Of a stretch of 64,000 bases of DNA, positions 8,612 through 18,902 are shown piece by piece; the stretch's first letter is position 1, and each line of letters begins with the position of its first letter. Both the position numbers and the translations under genes were made by a program. This DNA comes from Nitrospirota bacterium (GTDB lineage: Bacteria > Nitrospirota > UBA9217), in the NCBI GenBank assembly GCA_963840455.1, contig CAWIYV010000011.1, positions 320,001 to 384,000 on the forward strand, read 5' to 3'. The notes beneath the pieces were generated by a model that searched no databases, was not told the DNA's origin, and worked only from the letters and a program-made list of their open reading frames with translations.

Positions 8612-11600
8612 CTACACCTTCTTCGCCCCCTGGTACGCCCGTGCCTGGTGCATGAAGGCCTCGAGGCGCGTTATGGTCTGGGTGTCCTGCTGGCCCTCGT
8701 AGGCAAGGGAGAGCAGGGGGATGTTGTCGTGGTCCTCGCGCATGCGCTTGAGCAGGGCACCGGCGACGGTGCCAGGCATGCACGAGAAGGGCATGACGTT
8801 CACGATGCCTGCGACGCCGCGCTTTGCGTAGTCCACGGCCTTGCCCACGGACAGTGCGGCCTCGCCCTCGAAGGAGTGGTGCACGTACGGCAGGGCGCGC
8901 TGGAGCGTCGTTCCGATGCTCGGCTCGTGCAGGCTGCGGAGGTTGCCGTTGAAGCCTGACAGGAGCCGGTGCTCGTCGCGGTCCTGGAACCATCTGGTCA
9001 CATAGGCCTTCGTCAGGTCCTTCCATGCCCGGTTCATCTTCGCCGCCACCTTCGCGGTCTCGTTCACGTACAGGAACCATTCGCCGATGGGCGCCACCCA
9101 GGCTTCGCCGTTGAGCCGCTCGATTTGGCGTACCACGTCCTCGTTGCCGAACCGGTTGGCACGGATGTAGATCTCGCCCACCACACCGATGACCGGCTTG
9201 TTCCGCTCGGTGATCCCCATCGCCATGAACGCCTGATACACATCCTTCAAGACCGGCAGCGGGTCCTGCCGCTGTTCGATGGCACGGGTCACGTCCGCGA
9301 GCGCCTGCTGGTAGATCCGGTCGGCCTCGCCCTTCTTCTTCTCATAGGGCCGGTGCTCCCACAACGCCTTCTGCAGCATGTCCACGCTGACCACGCCCTG
9401 CCAGAGCAGTCGCAGGAAGTCCTTCCCCACCATGCCCAGTTCGCGGTACACGCTGTCGTCCTGCATGGGCGCCACGATCGGCACCTCGGGGAGGCCGATG
9501 CTGTCCAGCACGAGCCGGTGGTAGCGGTTGTACTGGCCGAACCTGCAGGGCCCCTTGCCCGAGGGCATGAAGAAGGCGCTCCTCGCAGGATCGAAGCTGG
9601 GCCGCCTCGTCGCCTTGATCATGTCGCCGGTCGTGAGCGCCAGGGGGAAGCATTCCCTGCCCGAGCTGTGCTGCTTGCCGATGCGCACGGTCTCTGCGTC
9701 GGACTCGGGCAGCACCTCGGACTCCACGCCGCAAGCCCGGAAGGCCGCGGCGAGCGCGTGGGCGTGGTCGGCCATGGGCGGCAGGAAGACCTTCCTGCGG
9801 TGATGCGCCGCCTTCTGGCGGGGGGGTACGGTCCTGCTCTGCCTTGTACGACCGGCGTTCTCGAGGCTGTCAAGGAACGCCTCGATGCGGGTGATGGCGC
9901 CGGCATCGGCGCTGTGCTCGTCGATCTCGAGCTGGAGATAGGGCTTGCCGCCCATCTCCTCGCGGAAAAAATGGGAGATGAACGAGTCCGGCCCGCAGCC
10001 GAAGTTCGTGATGTACACCGGGAAGAGGTCCGGTCGGTCCTTGAGGAACCGAGCTGCAGCAAGGATCTTCCTGCCCGAGCGCCAGTACATCTCCTCCATG
10101 CCTGCGTGGTCGACCCCGTGCAGGGGCAGGAGGTCCAGCGGGATTGCCTGCACGCCCAGGTCGCGGACCTTTGCCGGCAGGTTCATGTTCATGCCCGCGT
10201 CGCAGGTATTGTAGGTCCTGCCGAGGAGCACCAGCGCCCGCCTGCCGGGCGCGAGAGCCGCCAGCGTCTCTTGGCCGAGCTCCTTCACCGCTTGGCTGGC
10301 GCGCTCCTGGGCCTCCTGTGCGAGGCGCGCTGCTGCGACGGTCTCCCGGGCGCCCTTGCCAAGGGCCTTGCCGACGGCCTTGACGCTGGCCAAGAACTGC
10401 CGCTCGTCCTGGAGCCGCAGGACGGCCTCGATGACCCTGGTCTCGCCGAACTTCAGAGCTCCCCTGGCCAGATAGGGAAGCGCCTGGGCGTAGGGGCACG
10501 CCTGGGAGTATTTGCCATCCTTGTCCGTTGCAGGGAACCGGACGAAGCTCGGAAGGAACAGGACATCCACCTTCTTATCCAGCAGGTCCTGGATATGGCC
10601 GAGCGCCACCTTGGCGGGGAAGCAGGTCTCTGCCACGGAGGCTTCGATCCCGCGGTGCGCCAGCGAGCGGTTCGTCTTGTCGGAGAGAACAACGCGGAAG
10701 CCCAGCTCCTTGAAGAAGGTCTGCCAGAAGGGCAGCTCATCGTTCAGGTACAGCGACCGCGGGATGCCCACGATCGGCCCGTCCATTGGCTGCTTTGCCG
10801 CGATCGCCGCGGCAATGCGCTGTTCCCGCAGGGCGAAGAGATCGGCCAGCTTCCCCCCTCCCTCCCTCCCCTTCTTCAGGTCATACTTCTCGCACCTGCT
10901 GCCGTAGAAGAGCGGCTGCTCGCCCTCGAAGACCACGCGTCGTATATCGCAGCGGTTCGCGCACTCGGCGCACTGGAAGGTCGAGACGGTGTACGCGCGC
11001 TTTGATAGGTCAAAGCCCTTGAAGCTGCTCGGCCCGCCATGACCGTTGCGCAGGGCAAGGATGGCCGCACCGATGGCGCCGGTAACCTCGTGGTGCGGCG
11101 GCACCGTGACAGGCCTGCCCGTCACCTTCTCGAAGGCGGACACGACCGACTTGTTCGCTGCCACGCCGCCCTGGAAAAAGATGCGGCTGCCGACCTTCTT
11201 GCCGGCCACGACCTTGTTCAGGTAGTTCTGGACGATGGAGTAGGCAAGGCCGGCGGTCAGGTCCGGGAGGCCCGAGCCCCGGTTCATCCAATGCACCAGG
11301 TCGGATTCGATGAAGACCGTGCACCGGTCGCCGAGCCGGCAGGGCGCCGATGAGCAGAGGGCCTTGTCCGCGAACTCCTGCTTGATGCGGATGCCGAGGC
11401 GCTCGGCCTGCTCCTCGAGGAACGAGCCGGTACCGGCGGCGCAGGCCTTGTTCATCTCGAAATCCACCACTGCACCGTCCCGGAGGCTGATGAACTTCGA
11501 GTCCTGGCCGCCGATCTCGAAGATCGTGTCCACGGCCGGGTCGATAGCAGCGGCAGCCGTTGCCTGGGCCGTGATCTCATTCCGCACGAGGTCGGCGCCG

Positions 11601-12781
11601 ATCATGTCGCCCGTGAGGTAGCGGCCCGAACCCGTTGTTGCTGCGCCAAGGATGCGGACGCGATGGCCGATCTCATCGCCCACCTCGGCCAGGCCCTGTT
11701 TCACCGCCTCGATGGGCCTGCCGGCGGTCGGAAGGTAGCGCTTGGACAGCACGCGCATCTCCTTGTCGATCACCACCACGTTCGTTGACACGGACCCCAC
11801 GTCCACACCGAGGTACGCCTCGACCAGCCCATCGCCTGCGGGGACCGCGTCCCGGTCCGGGTTCGGCATGATGCGCAAAGGGTGTGTGAGCGGCTCGCTG
11901 CTGCCACTCTCCTGCACACGATCGGCGATGCGGCTTGCGGCGAGCCCGGCGGCGCCCCGGTAGGGGATGTTCTGTTCAGGATGTTCAAGGGCAATGAGCG
12001 CCGCGCCGATGGCTCCGGATGTATTGAAGTGGTCCGGCACCGACAGGTCGCTCTCGGACAGGCCGACGAGCTCCCGGAAGGACCGCTGCATGCCGGGGTT
12101 CGCTGCCACACCACCGAGGAACAGCATTGGCGCGATGTACTTCCTGCCCTTGCCCACTGTGGCCTTGAAGTTCCTGACCATGGCGTGGCAGAGCCCGGCC
12201 ACGATGTCGTGGTTCGGCGTGGCGATCTGCTGGAGATGGATCATGTCGCTCTTGGCGAAGACGCTGCAGCGTCCGGCCACGGCAGGAGGGTTCTTGGACT
12301 TGAGGGCGATGGAGCCGAACTCTTCGATGGTGAGGTGGAGGCGGTGCGCCTGCTGGTCGAGGAAGGAGCCCGTGCCGGCGGCGCAGGCGGTGTTCATCGA
12401 GAAGTCATCGATGCGGGTCCGGCCGTCGCGCTCGCGGCCCAGGCTGATGAGCTTGGCGTCCTCGCCGCCCATCTCGATGATGGTCCGGGCATGAGGATGG
12501 AAGGCCCCGGCAAAGGCCGCTTGGGCGAGGATCTCGTTCACGAAGACAGCGCCGAGTTGCACGGCGATCGGCTTGCCACCGCTGCCGGTGATGCCGGCAA
12601 CAGCGATGCGGCCCTCGGGAAACTGCTCAACAAGCTTCGCGAGCTCGTCCCGAAGGGTCTGAGCGGGGTCTCCCTTGATACGGGCATAGGAATCAGTGAG
12701 GAGGGTCTTCCGGGAGTCCAGCAGCGCCGTCTTGACGCTGACGGAACCGATATCGATCCCGAGATAGAGGTCCTTGTTCAT
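8612..12781 (-). CDS. CoA-substrate-specific enzyme activase fusion (two BadF/BcrAD ATPase domains + DUF2229/2-hydroxyacyl-CoA dehydratase-like domains)
   Basis: GIDIGSVS and GVDVGSVST ASKHA motifs, two CAAGTGSFL [4Fe-4S] motifs, CFPAK, FGCGPD, PFSCMPG. Confidence 0.92.
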   Translation of the reverse strand: MNKDLYLGIDIGSVSVKTALLDSRKTLLTDSYARIKGDPAQTLRDELAKLVEQFPEGRIAVAGITGSGGKPIAVQLGAVFVNEILAQAAFAGAFHPHARTIIEMGGEDAKLISLGRERDGRTRIDDFSMNTACAAGTGSFLDQQAHRLHLTIEEFGSIALKSKNPPAVAGRCSVFAKSDMIHLQQIATPNHDIVAGLCHAMVRNFKATVGKGRKYIAPMLFLGGVAANPGMQRSFRELVGLSESDLSVPDHFNTSGAIGAALIALEHPEQNIPYRGAAGLAASRIADRVQESGSSEPLTHPLRIMPNPDRDAVPAGDGLVEAYLGVDVGSVSTNVVVIDKEMRVLSKRYLPTAGRPIEAVKQGLAEVGDEIGHRVRILGAATTGSGRYLTGDMIGADLVRNEITAQATAAAAIDPAVDTIFEIGGQDSKFISLRDGAVVDFEMNKACAAGTGSFLEEQAERLGIRIKQEFADKALCSSAPCRLGDRCTVFIESDLVHWMNRGSGLPDLTAGLAYSIVQNYLNKVVAGKKVGSRIFFQGGVAANKSVVSAFEKVTGRPVTVPPHHEVTGAIGAAILALRNGHGGPSSFKGFDLSKRAYTVSTFQCAECANRCDIRRVVFEGEQPLFYGSRCEKYDLKKGREGGGKLADLFALREQRIAAAIAAKQPMDGPIVGIPRSLYLNDELPFWQTFFKELGFRVVLSDKTNRSLAHRGIEASVAETCFPAKVALGHIQDLLDKKVDVLFLPSFVRFPATDKDGKYSQACPYAQALPYLARGALKFGETRVIEAVLRLQDERQFLASVKAVGKALGKGARETVAAARLAQEAQERASQAVKELGQETLAALAPGRRALVLLGRTYNTCDAGMNMNLPAKVRDLGVQAIPLDLLPLHGVDHAGMEEMYWRSGRKILAAARFLKDRPDLFPVYITNFGCGPDSFISHFFREEMGGKPYLQLEIDEHSADAGAITRIEAFLDSLENAGRTRQSRTVPPRQKAAHHRRKVFLPPMADHAHALAAAFRACGVESEVLPESDAETVRIGKQHSSGRECFPLALTTGDMIKATRRPSFDPARSAFFMPSGKGPCRFGQYNRYHRLVLDSIGLPEVPIVAPMQDDSVYRELGMVGKDFLRLLWQGVVSVDMLQKALWEHRPYEKKKGEADRIYQQALADVTRAIEQRQDPLPVLKDVYQAFMAMGITERNKPVIGVVGEIYIRANRFGNEDVVRQIERLNGEAWVAPIGEWFLYVNETAKVAAKMNRAWKDLTKAYVTRWFQDRDEHRLLSGFNGNLRSLHEPSIGTTLQRALPYVHHSFEGEAALSVGKAVDYAKRGVAGIVNVMPFSCMPGTVAGALLKRMREDHDNIPLLSLAYEGQQDTQTITRLEAFMHQARAYQGAKKV

Positions 12782-13164
12782 ACGTCCAGTCTCCGTGGTC
12801 CAGCAGTAAGCACAGAAGGATGCGCGACGAGTGTTCAGGACTGGAAATTCATTATAGTAGGATGGGGAGAGAGTGTCAATCGGACAGATTGGGACGAAGG
12901 AGCGTGTGTCAAGATCCTGCTTTTTTTCTGCACCCCGGTTCGCAGTCCGCGCAGGCATGCATTGTTGGTCAGGGTTACATAGCTATTCGAGCATCGCAGC
13001 ACTTCCCCTCGCCCGGGAAAACGGGCTCGGCCGTGTCTGCCTGGTTTTGTGATCGCACTGGCCATGACTGCTGGCGCATGCTTGTGCGCGGTACTGCTCA
13101 CGGGATGCAGGGGCCTTTTGAAAAACAGGGATCGAGAGGCTTTTTCTGATGTTCTTAAAGCAGT

Positions 13165-13336
13165 CCCATGCGAAAATCTAGGCAGGCGACCGAGTCCGAG
13201 GGTTAAACATTTCGGATGTCTGAGCCCGCAGGGCGAGTTTCCGAAATGTACTGAGGACGACCAAGCATGCCGTAAAGGATTTTCGCCGGGTGCCCTTCTT
13301 TGGGTCACCTTTCTTTGGGCACGCAAGAAAGGTGAC
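13165..13336 (+). repeat. Structured non-coding repeat family A
   Basis: About 170 bp; near copy in reverse orientation at 27726-27900 with compensatory base changes. Confidence 0.8.
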
Positions 13337-13462
13337 AAGGAGTGAGAACCGAGATGCAAATATAAGATCGGCCACTGCGCAAAAATAACATCAGGATGAA
13401 CTATGGTTGCTGCATATCTTTCGTCCGAGAGCAACCCCTTTATTAGGATTCAGACCCTTTTT

Positions 13463-14668
13463 CTATGCCCGTCCTGACGGGAAGAGGCCCGCACTGACCT
13501 CGAACCCCTTGTCGCGGAGCGCGGCGAACACTTCCGCGAGGTGGTCCTTGCCGCGCACCTCGACGGTGAACACGACCTTCGCCCTGCCGATAGAGACGTC
13601 TGCCGTCGCCCGGTCATGGGCCACGTTCAGGATGTTCGCCCGCATCGCACCAATGATGCCGGTGACGGCGTGGAGGCTGCCGGCGATATCGTCGATGACG
13701 ACGCTGAAGACGCCGATCCGGTTGCTCGTGATGAGCCCCTTCAGGATGATCCGGTCGATGAGGGTGAAGTCGATGTTGCCGCCGCTCACGACCAGCGCCA
13801 CCCGCTGTCCGCGGAACTCCTCCGCGTTCTCCAGGAGCGCGGCCAGGGGCACGGCCCCAGCGCCCTCCACCACCAGCTTCTTGCGCTCAAGGAACAGCAG
13901 GATCGACCGGGCAATGGGGTCCTCGGCGACCGTGAACATCCGGTCCACGTGCTTTCCCATGAGCGCGAGCGTCCGCTCCCCCACCCTTCCCACGGCGATC
14001 CCATCGGCGATGGTGTTCCCCGGCACCCGGTCGCAGACCGCATGCTCCCCGAAGGAGACGCACGCTGACGGTGCGGCACTTGCCTGCACGCCGATGACCT
14101 GGGTGCGCGGCGACAGGGCCTTGATCGCCGCGGCGATGCCCGCGATCAGCCCCCCGCCTCCCACGGGCACGAGCACTGCATCGATGTGCGTGAGGTCCTC
14201 GACGATCTCGAGACCCGCGGTGCCCTGGCCCGCGATGACGGCATCGTCGTCAAAGGGGTGGATGAATACCGCGTCCCTGCGGGAGAGCGCGAAGTCCAGC
14301 GCGTCGTTGAACTTCTCCCCATGGAGGATGACCTCGGCGCCGTAGCCCCGCGTGGCCTCCTGCTTCACGATGGCCGCGGTCTCGGGCATGACGATGGTGG
14401 CCTTCTTCTCCAGCTTCCCGGCGGCATAGGCAACTGCCTGGGCGTGGTTCCCCATGGATGCTGCGATCACCTTCTCGTCCGCGACGGAGAGCAGCTTGTT
14501 GAACGCGCCCCGCACCTTGAAGGACCCGGTCTTTTGAAGATTTTCGAGCTTGAGGTACACTTCGGCGCCCGACATATTGCTGAGGGAGTTGGAGTGGATG
14601 AGCGGCGTCTTGTGGATATGGGCGGCGATGTTCGCGCGTGCCTGGCGGATGTCAGCGATGGTGATCAT
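13463..14668 (-). CDS. ilvA: Threonine ammonia-lyase (PLP) with ACT domain
   Basis: ENLQKTGSFKVRGA PLP-lysine motif, ASMGNHAQ, PVGGGGL, SGGNID, C-terminal ACT domain. Confidence 0.93.
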   Translation of the reverse strand: MITIADIRQARANIAAHIHKTPLIHSNSLSNMSGAEVYLKLENLQKTGSFKVRGAFNKLLSVADEKVIAASMGNHAQAVAYAAGKLEKKATIVMPETAAIVKQEATRGYGAEVILHGEKFNDALDFALSRRDAVFIHPFDDDAVIAGQGTAGLEIVEDLTHIDAVLVPVGGGGLIAGIAAAIKALSPRTQVIGVQASAAPSACVSFGEHAVCDRVPGNTIADGIAVGRVGERTLALMGKHVDRMFTVAEDPIARSILLFLERKKLVVEGAGAVPLAALLENAEEFRGQRVALVVSGGNIDFTLIDRIILKGLITSNRIGVFSVVIDDIAGSLHAVTGIIGAMRANILNVAHDRATADVSIGRAKVVFTVEVRGKDHLAEVFAALRDKGFEVSAGLFPSGRA

Positions 14669-14734
14669 GGTTTTTATTATTTTCAGCGCCCCCTTCGAGG
14701 ACCGGAACATCGTCGCCTATACGTCCCGCGCCGG

Positions 14735-15049
14735 CTACTTGCCGTAGAGATGGACCGTGTACTGACGCCAGATGGTCAGGACGCTCAGGTACTCCAGGTC
14801 GGCATAGTAGAGCTCCTTCAGGCCCTTCTCCCGGGCGACGTCGCCCAGGGCCGTATCGCCCCACATGATGCCGAGGTAGGATAGCTGGATATGCTTTATC
14901 TCGCTCTGCCCTTCGGTCCCCGTGATCGGCGTCTCCCGCTGGTTGATCGTCAGCGGCTGCACAGTATGCGTGTAGAGGATGCCGGCCGTACAGCCCGCGC
15001 CGATCAGGATAAGGGCCAGGACGGCTGTTATCCGCGCGAATGTTCCCAT
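14735..15049 (-). CDS. TRL-like family lipoprotein
   Basis: Lipobox GAGC, WGD motif, ends T.HLYGK; paralog of the adjacent gene. Confidence 0.7.
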   Translation of the reverse strand: MGTFARITAVLALILIGAGCTAGILYTHTVQPLTINQRETPITGTEGQSEIKHIQLSYLGIMWGDTALGDVAREKGLKELYYADLEYLSVLTIWRQYTVHLYGK

Positions 15050-15060
15050 GGCAGCCTCCC

Positions 15061-15357
15061 TCAATCCCCGTACACGATCGTCGTGGTCTTCGTATAGAGC
15101 CCGAACAGGACGAAAAGTGTTTCACGGTCCATATGGTTCACGGTCATGAGCCCGCCCTGCTTGGCCGCCGCGGATGTGCTGGCATCGCCCCAGGCGATCA
15201 GCCACAGGACGGACTCCATCGAGGCTTTCCCCTGCTTCTGGCCGAGGACCGTCTTGTTCAAATCGGTGTCGTAGGGCGTCAGAACATGGGAATAGACGCA
15301 CCCGCTCAGAACGCACACAACCAGAGTAGCCACTACTACATACACGATCCTTTTCAT
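15061..15357 (-). CDS. TRL-like family lipoprotein
   Basis: Lipobox LSGC, AWGDAS..AAAK.GG, TTIVYGD end. Confidence 0.75.
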   Translation of the reverse strand: MKRIVYVVVATLVVCVLSGCVYSHVLTPYDTDLNKTVLGQKQGKASMESVLWLIAWGDASTSAAAKQGGLMTVNHMDRETLFVLFGLYTKTTTIVYGD

Positions 15358-15486
15358 GATGACCTCCTCAGCGAACAGGATGAACCGGCAAGGCAGAAAA
15401 AAAGCCGCGCGGCCGCGCGTATATTCTTAGTATAGCATAGGGATGAGATCCGCCGGGATGAGCCGCGGGAAAAGGAGGGAAAAACG

Positions 15487-16548
15487 TTACAGGCCGGCGG
15501 CCTCCATGCATTCGAGCAGTCGGAACTGCACCCGGCTGCGATGAAGGTTGTGGCCCGGCCGGCTGACCCTGAAGTAGGTGTCGCCGCGAAGGTGGTCCGC
15601 CAGGAAGCGGATGCCGAGTTCGAAGGTGATGACCTTCACCGAAGCGGGCAGCAGCTCGGCCTCGGCAGGGGTCAGGAAGGAGCGCGCCTCGTCGAGATAG
15701 CCGCGACTCAAAGCCGCATAGCGGGAGCGGTCGAAGACGACCTTGTCCAGGTCTGGTGCGTCCTCACCAGCGGGATTCGCGGCAGAGCGCACGCAGTCGC
15801 CGAAGTCGAAGTGCACAATGCCCGGTTTCACCGTGTCAAGGTCGAGCATGCACAGGGCCTTCCCCGTGGCAGCATGGACCATCACGTTGTTCACCTTGGG
15901 ATCGTTGTGCACCACGCGCACCGGGACCCTGCCGCTTGCCATGAGGTCCGTGAGCAGCGGTACCAGCGTTCTTCTCGCCCGCACGAACGCGACCTCGATC
16001 TTTGCCGCCGCGAACCGTCCCTGCGCGTCGAGCCGGATGGCATCGTCGAGCTCGGCGAGATAGCGCGGCGTGTGATGGAACCCAGGCAGTGTGTCGTGCA
16101 GCCGGTCAGGCGCCAGGTCGGACACCAGCGCCTGGAATCTCCCGAGGCCGCGGCCCACTTCATAGGCATGGGCATTGTCCTGCACCATGTCGAAGACGAG
16201 GCCTTCCTCGATGAAGTGGAACATGCGCCAGTACTCGCCGGCACCGTCGACATGGAACGTCCTGCCGTCGCGGGCGCGCACGAGAGCGGGCGTGACAACC
16301 GCGGGGTCGCTGATGCCCTCCCTCCGAAGCCGGGCCTGCAGGTGCTCCGTCACGACCTCCACGTTGGCCATCACCAGGTCCGGCCGTGAGAACACGTTCT
16401 TGTTGATGTGCTGGAGGATGAACTTACGGATGATGCCGCGGTCGGAAAACCCGCACAGGAAGGTCTCGTTGATCAGGCCCGAGCCGAAGCGCCCGGTCTT
16501 GACCAGTGTGCCGGGAACCATGAAATGGGGAAGGACGGATTCAAGCAT
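15487..16548 (-). CDS. Aminoglycoside phosphotransferase family kinase (N-acetylhexosamine-1-kinase-like)
   Basis: G.GLINET, HNDPKVNN, LDLDTV, DFGD kinase motifs. Confidence 0.88.
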   Translation of the reverse strand: MLESVLPHFMVPGTLVKTGRFGSGLINETFLCGFSDRGIIRKFILQHINKNVFSRPDLVMANVEVVTEHLQARLRREGISDPAVVTPALVRARDGRTFHVDGAGEYWRMFHFIEEGLVFDMVQDNAHAYEVGRGLGRFQALVSDLAPDRLHDTLPGFHHTPRYLAELDDAIRLDAQGRFAAAKIEVAFVRARRTLVPLLTDLMASGRVPVRVVHNDPKVNNVMVHAATGKALCMLDLDTVKPGIVHFDFGDCVRSAANPAGEDAPDLDKVVFDRSRYAALSRGYLDEARSFLTPAEAELLPASVKVITFELGIRFLADHLRGDTYFRVSRPGHNLHRSRVQFRLLECMEAAGL

Positions 16549-16699
16549 AATGGTCGGTCAACTTCACAAGAATATATGATAGCTCTTTCACCGCAGAGGT
16601 CGCAGAGCACGCAGAGAAGAGATTATCTTTGTTCTTAAAGCAGCGGCTGTGCACAGCATGCAGGGCTTCTGAAATAAATGGTTTACGTCTTTCCCCATG

Positions 16700-16990
16700 T
16701 CCCGCACGTCCCCGGAGCGGCCCTATGAAATTCTTGGGCACCCGTCTTGGCCTACGGCATCGTCCCGACAGGCAACTCAAGGAGCGAGCGCATTCCCGGC
16801 AGTTCTTTCCGGGAATTGCGAGCGATTAGGATAAACATACATCCCTGAGGATCGAAGCTCCATGCTTTTAGCTTCAGGGAGCTTAAACGAGCATGTCCGA
16901 GGCCAGAGGCCGAGTTTGCGCGGGCGAGCGGACGTGGCCTTAAACGGGTCAGCAATTTCATTCAGGACGTGAAAGGGATGTGCAGAAAAA
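16700..16990 (+). repeat. Long-hairpin repeat family B interrupted by a family C element (about 16784-16885)
   Basis: Flanks match 27936-28115; the insert matches 17752-17900. Confidence 0.75.
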
Positions 16991-17053
16991 CACCTCAACG
17001 ATAGCGCGATGAACCGCCAATCGTGGAGAGATGGAATCCGAATGAATGATAGA

Positions 17054-17686
17054 TTATTTCCTTCCGATAATAAGAAACACCGGGAACTCCCGCCTGCCCT
17101 TTCCCTCGATCTCCTTCGCAACGACCGCCGCAGTCACATCGCGGACCGCGGAGAGGCCCGCTTGCTCAAAGAGGCCTTTGACCCGCGGCCGGTCGAAGCC
17201 GAGATGGAGGACGCCGGTGTTGTCCCCGTGGAAGGATCCGTCCTCGGTATCCAGGTCGGCAACAGCGAGGGTCCCGCCCGGCAGCAATGCGGCGGCCAGC
17301 TGCGCGATCAGCGCCGCGGGGTCCGGCACATGATGGAGCGTCATGCTGCTCACGATGAGATGGTACCGGCCGTCCACCTTCCCGCCTTGCTCGAGATCCA
17401 CGAACTGCGTCCGCACGTTCCCGAGTTCCCGGTCCCGCACCTTGGACGCAAGGACATCAAGCATGCCCCGGGAGCTGTCCACGCCCGTGATGCTCCTGAC
17501 CAGCGGCTGGAGCTTGAGCGTTACCAGGCCCGTGCCGCAGCCGAAATCGAGGGCGTCCTGGCCCTTCGCGGGCGAGACCTCCCGGATCATCGCGTCGGCA
17601 ACGTCCTGGGCAAGCTTCACCCTGCCGGGGTTCGCGTCCCACTGCGCCGCTTCTTTGTCGAAGTCCTTTCGTTCCTCGTGCTTCAT
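17054..17686 (-). CDS. Class I SAM-dependent methyltransferase
   Basis: LDFGCGTG motif I, GVDSS..ML, SMTLHH. Confidence 0.92.
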   Translation of the reverse strand: MKHEERKDFDKEAAQWDANPGRVKLAQDVADAMIREVSPAKGQDALDFGCGTGLVTLKLQPLVRSITGVDSSRGMLDVLASKVRDRELGNVRTQFVDLEQGGKVDGRYHLIVSSMTLHHVPDPAALIAQLAAALLPGGTLAVADLDTEDGSFHGDNTGVLHLGFDRPRVKGLFEQAGLSAVRDVTAAVVAKEIEGKGRREFPVFLIIGRK

Positions 17687-17751
17687 TTCTTTCCCGCCTC
17701 TCCCGCAAACTGGTGTGCAACGGCCGCAGTATACCATGAAGGCCCACGGGA

Positions 17752-17905
17752 ATCCAGGAGCGAGCGCTAACCCCGTAGCTTGCTGTGGGGTCTTGCCCCC
17801 AGCGGTTATGAGTGGAACCGCGAGTGCAGGGGGTTAGCAAGCGATTAGAATAAACGATGACCTTGAGGATCGAAGCTCTCTCCAGCTTGCTGCAGGGATC
17901 ATCAA
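17752..17905. repeat. Hairpin repeat family C (IS200/IS605-like MITE)
   Basis: ATCCAGGAGCGAGCGC...CCCCGTAGCTTGCTGTGGGG...GCGATTAGAATAAA...TGAGGATCGAAG shared with the other copies. Confidence 0.65.
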
Positions 17906-18094
17906 TGCCAAGTCAGGAACAGGTTTTGACCCCGCCCGCTGATTCCTCTATAATGTGCCCAGGCTGCTGGCTTTCAGACGGCCGCGACTGAGGATCTCGC
18001 GGCAAGACATTTTCCTTCGCATTCCCCCCGAATCCGCGGTATTATTATTTACCGCGGCTGAAACGTGATCTTGCCTGTCCCCTGAAGGAGCGAA

Positions 18095-18892
18095 ATGAAC
18101 GGGTCAGTCCATCCCAGGATCGGACTTGCGTTATCAGGCGGCGCAGCCCGCTGCATCGCCCACATTGCCGTGCTGGATGTGCTGGAACAGGAAGGCGTCC
18201 CTGTGCATGCCGTCGCGGGTACCAGCGGCGGCAGCATCATCGGTGCGCTCTATGCAGCGGACATGCCGCTCCCGCAAATTCAACGGACCCTTCTGGCTAC
18301 CAAGTGGAAGGACGTACTCAAGTTTACCGTCCCCCGGACAGGACTCATAGCGAGCGAAGGGATCTATCGTTTCATGGAGGAGATCCTTCCGGTCAAGAAG
18401 TTCTCCAGCCTCTCCCTGCCCTTCGCTGCGGTCGCGACCGACCTCCATACCGGGGATAAGGTCGCCATCACGACCGGCTCCCTGGCGCGGGCGGTGCAGG
18501 CAAGCTGCAGCCTGCCGATCATCTTCACCCCCACGGAGATCAACAAGCGCCTGCTGGTCGACGGCGGTGTCGCCAGCCAGATCCCGGTCAGTACCGCGCG
18601 AGAAGACCTGGGGGCAAAGAAGGTCATCGCCGTGAATGTGAACCATAAGGCGATGGAAATGGACAGGTTCGATACCATCATCACCATCGCCGCGCACCTG
18701 TCGGCGCTCTGGGCGTCGCGGAACGCGCGGGAAGAGGAAAAGCTGGCCGATGTGGTCGTCCAGGTGAACACCGCCGGGATCCCTCTCTATGACCTGTCCA
18801 AGGCGAAAGAACTGCTGAGGCGGGGCACCGAAGCTGCGGAAGAGAAGTTGCCGGAGATCCGGGCGCTGTTGAAGGAGGCAGGGACGCATTGA
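18095..18892 (+). CDS. Patatin-like phospholipase (NTE/RssA family)
   Basis: LSGGAAR, GTSGG nucleophile elbow, DGG motif. Confidence 0.92.
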   Translation: MNGSVHPRIGLALSGGAARCIAHIAVLDVLEQEGVPVHAVAGTSGGSIIGALYAADMPLPQIQRTLLATKWKDVLKFTVPRTGLIASEGIYRFMEEILPVKKFSSLSLPFAAVATDLHTGDKVAITTGSLARAVQASCSLPIIFTPTEINKRLLVDGGVASQIPVSTAREDLGAKKVIAVNVNHKAMEMDRFDTIITIAAHLSALWASRNAREEEKLADVVVQVNTAGIPLYDLSKAKELLRRGTEAAEEKLPEIRALLKEAGTH

Positions 18893-18902
18893 CCTGGTAT
18901 TC

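Noticed and set aside
1443-11005. Very long plus-strand ORFs (1443-4454, 8969-11005 and others)
   Set aside because: Antisense shadows of GC-rich genes, with no recognisable motifs.
13215-13260. Hammerhead ribozyme in the CTGAG...GAAA core of repeats A and B
   Set aside because: The CUGANGA and GAAA cores are not arranged around a three-way junction, and GAAA is not kept in family B.
12835-13434. ORFs over intergenic repeats (also 16541-17121 and 27584-28326)
   Set aside because: They translate the non-coding hairpin repeat families.
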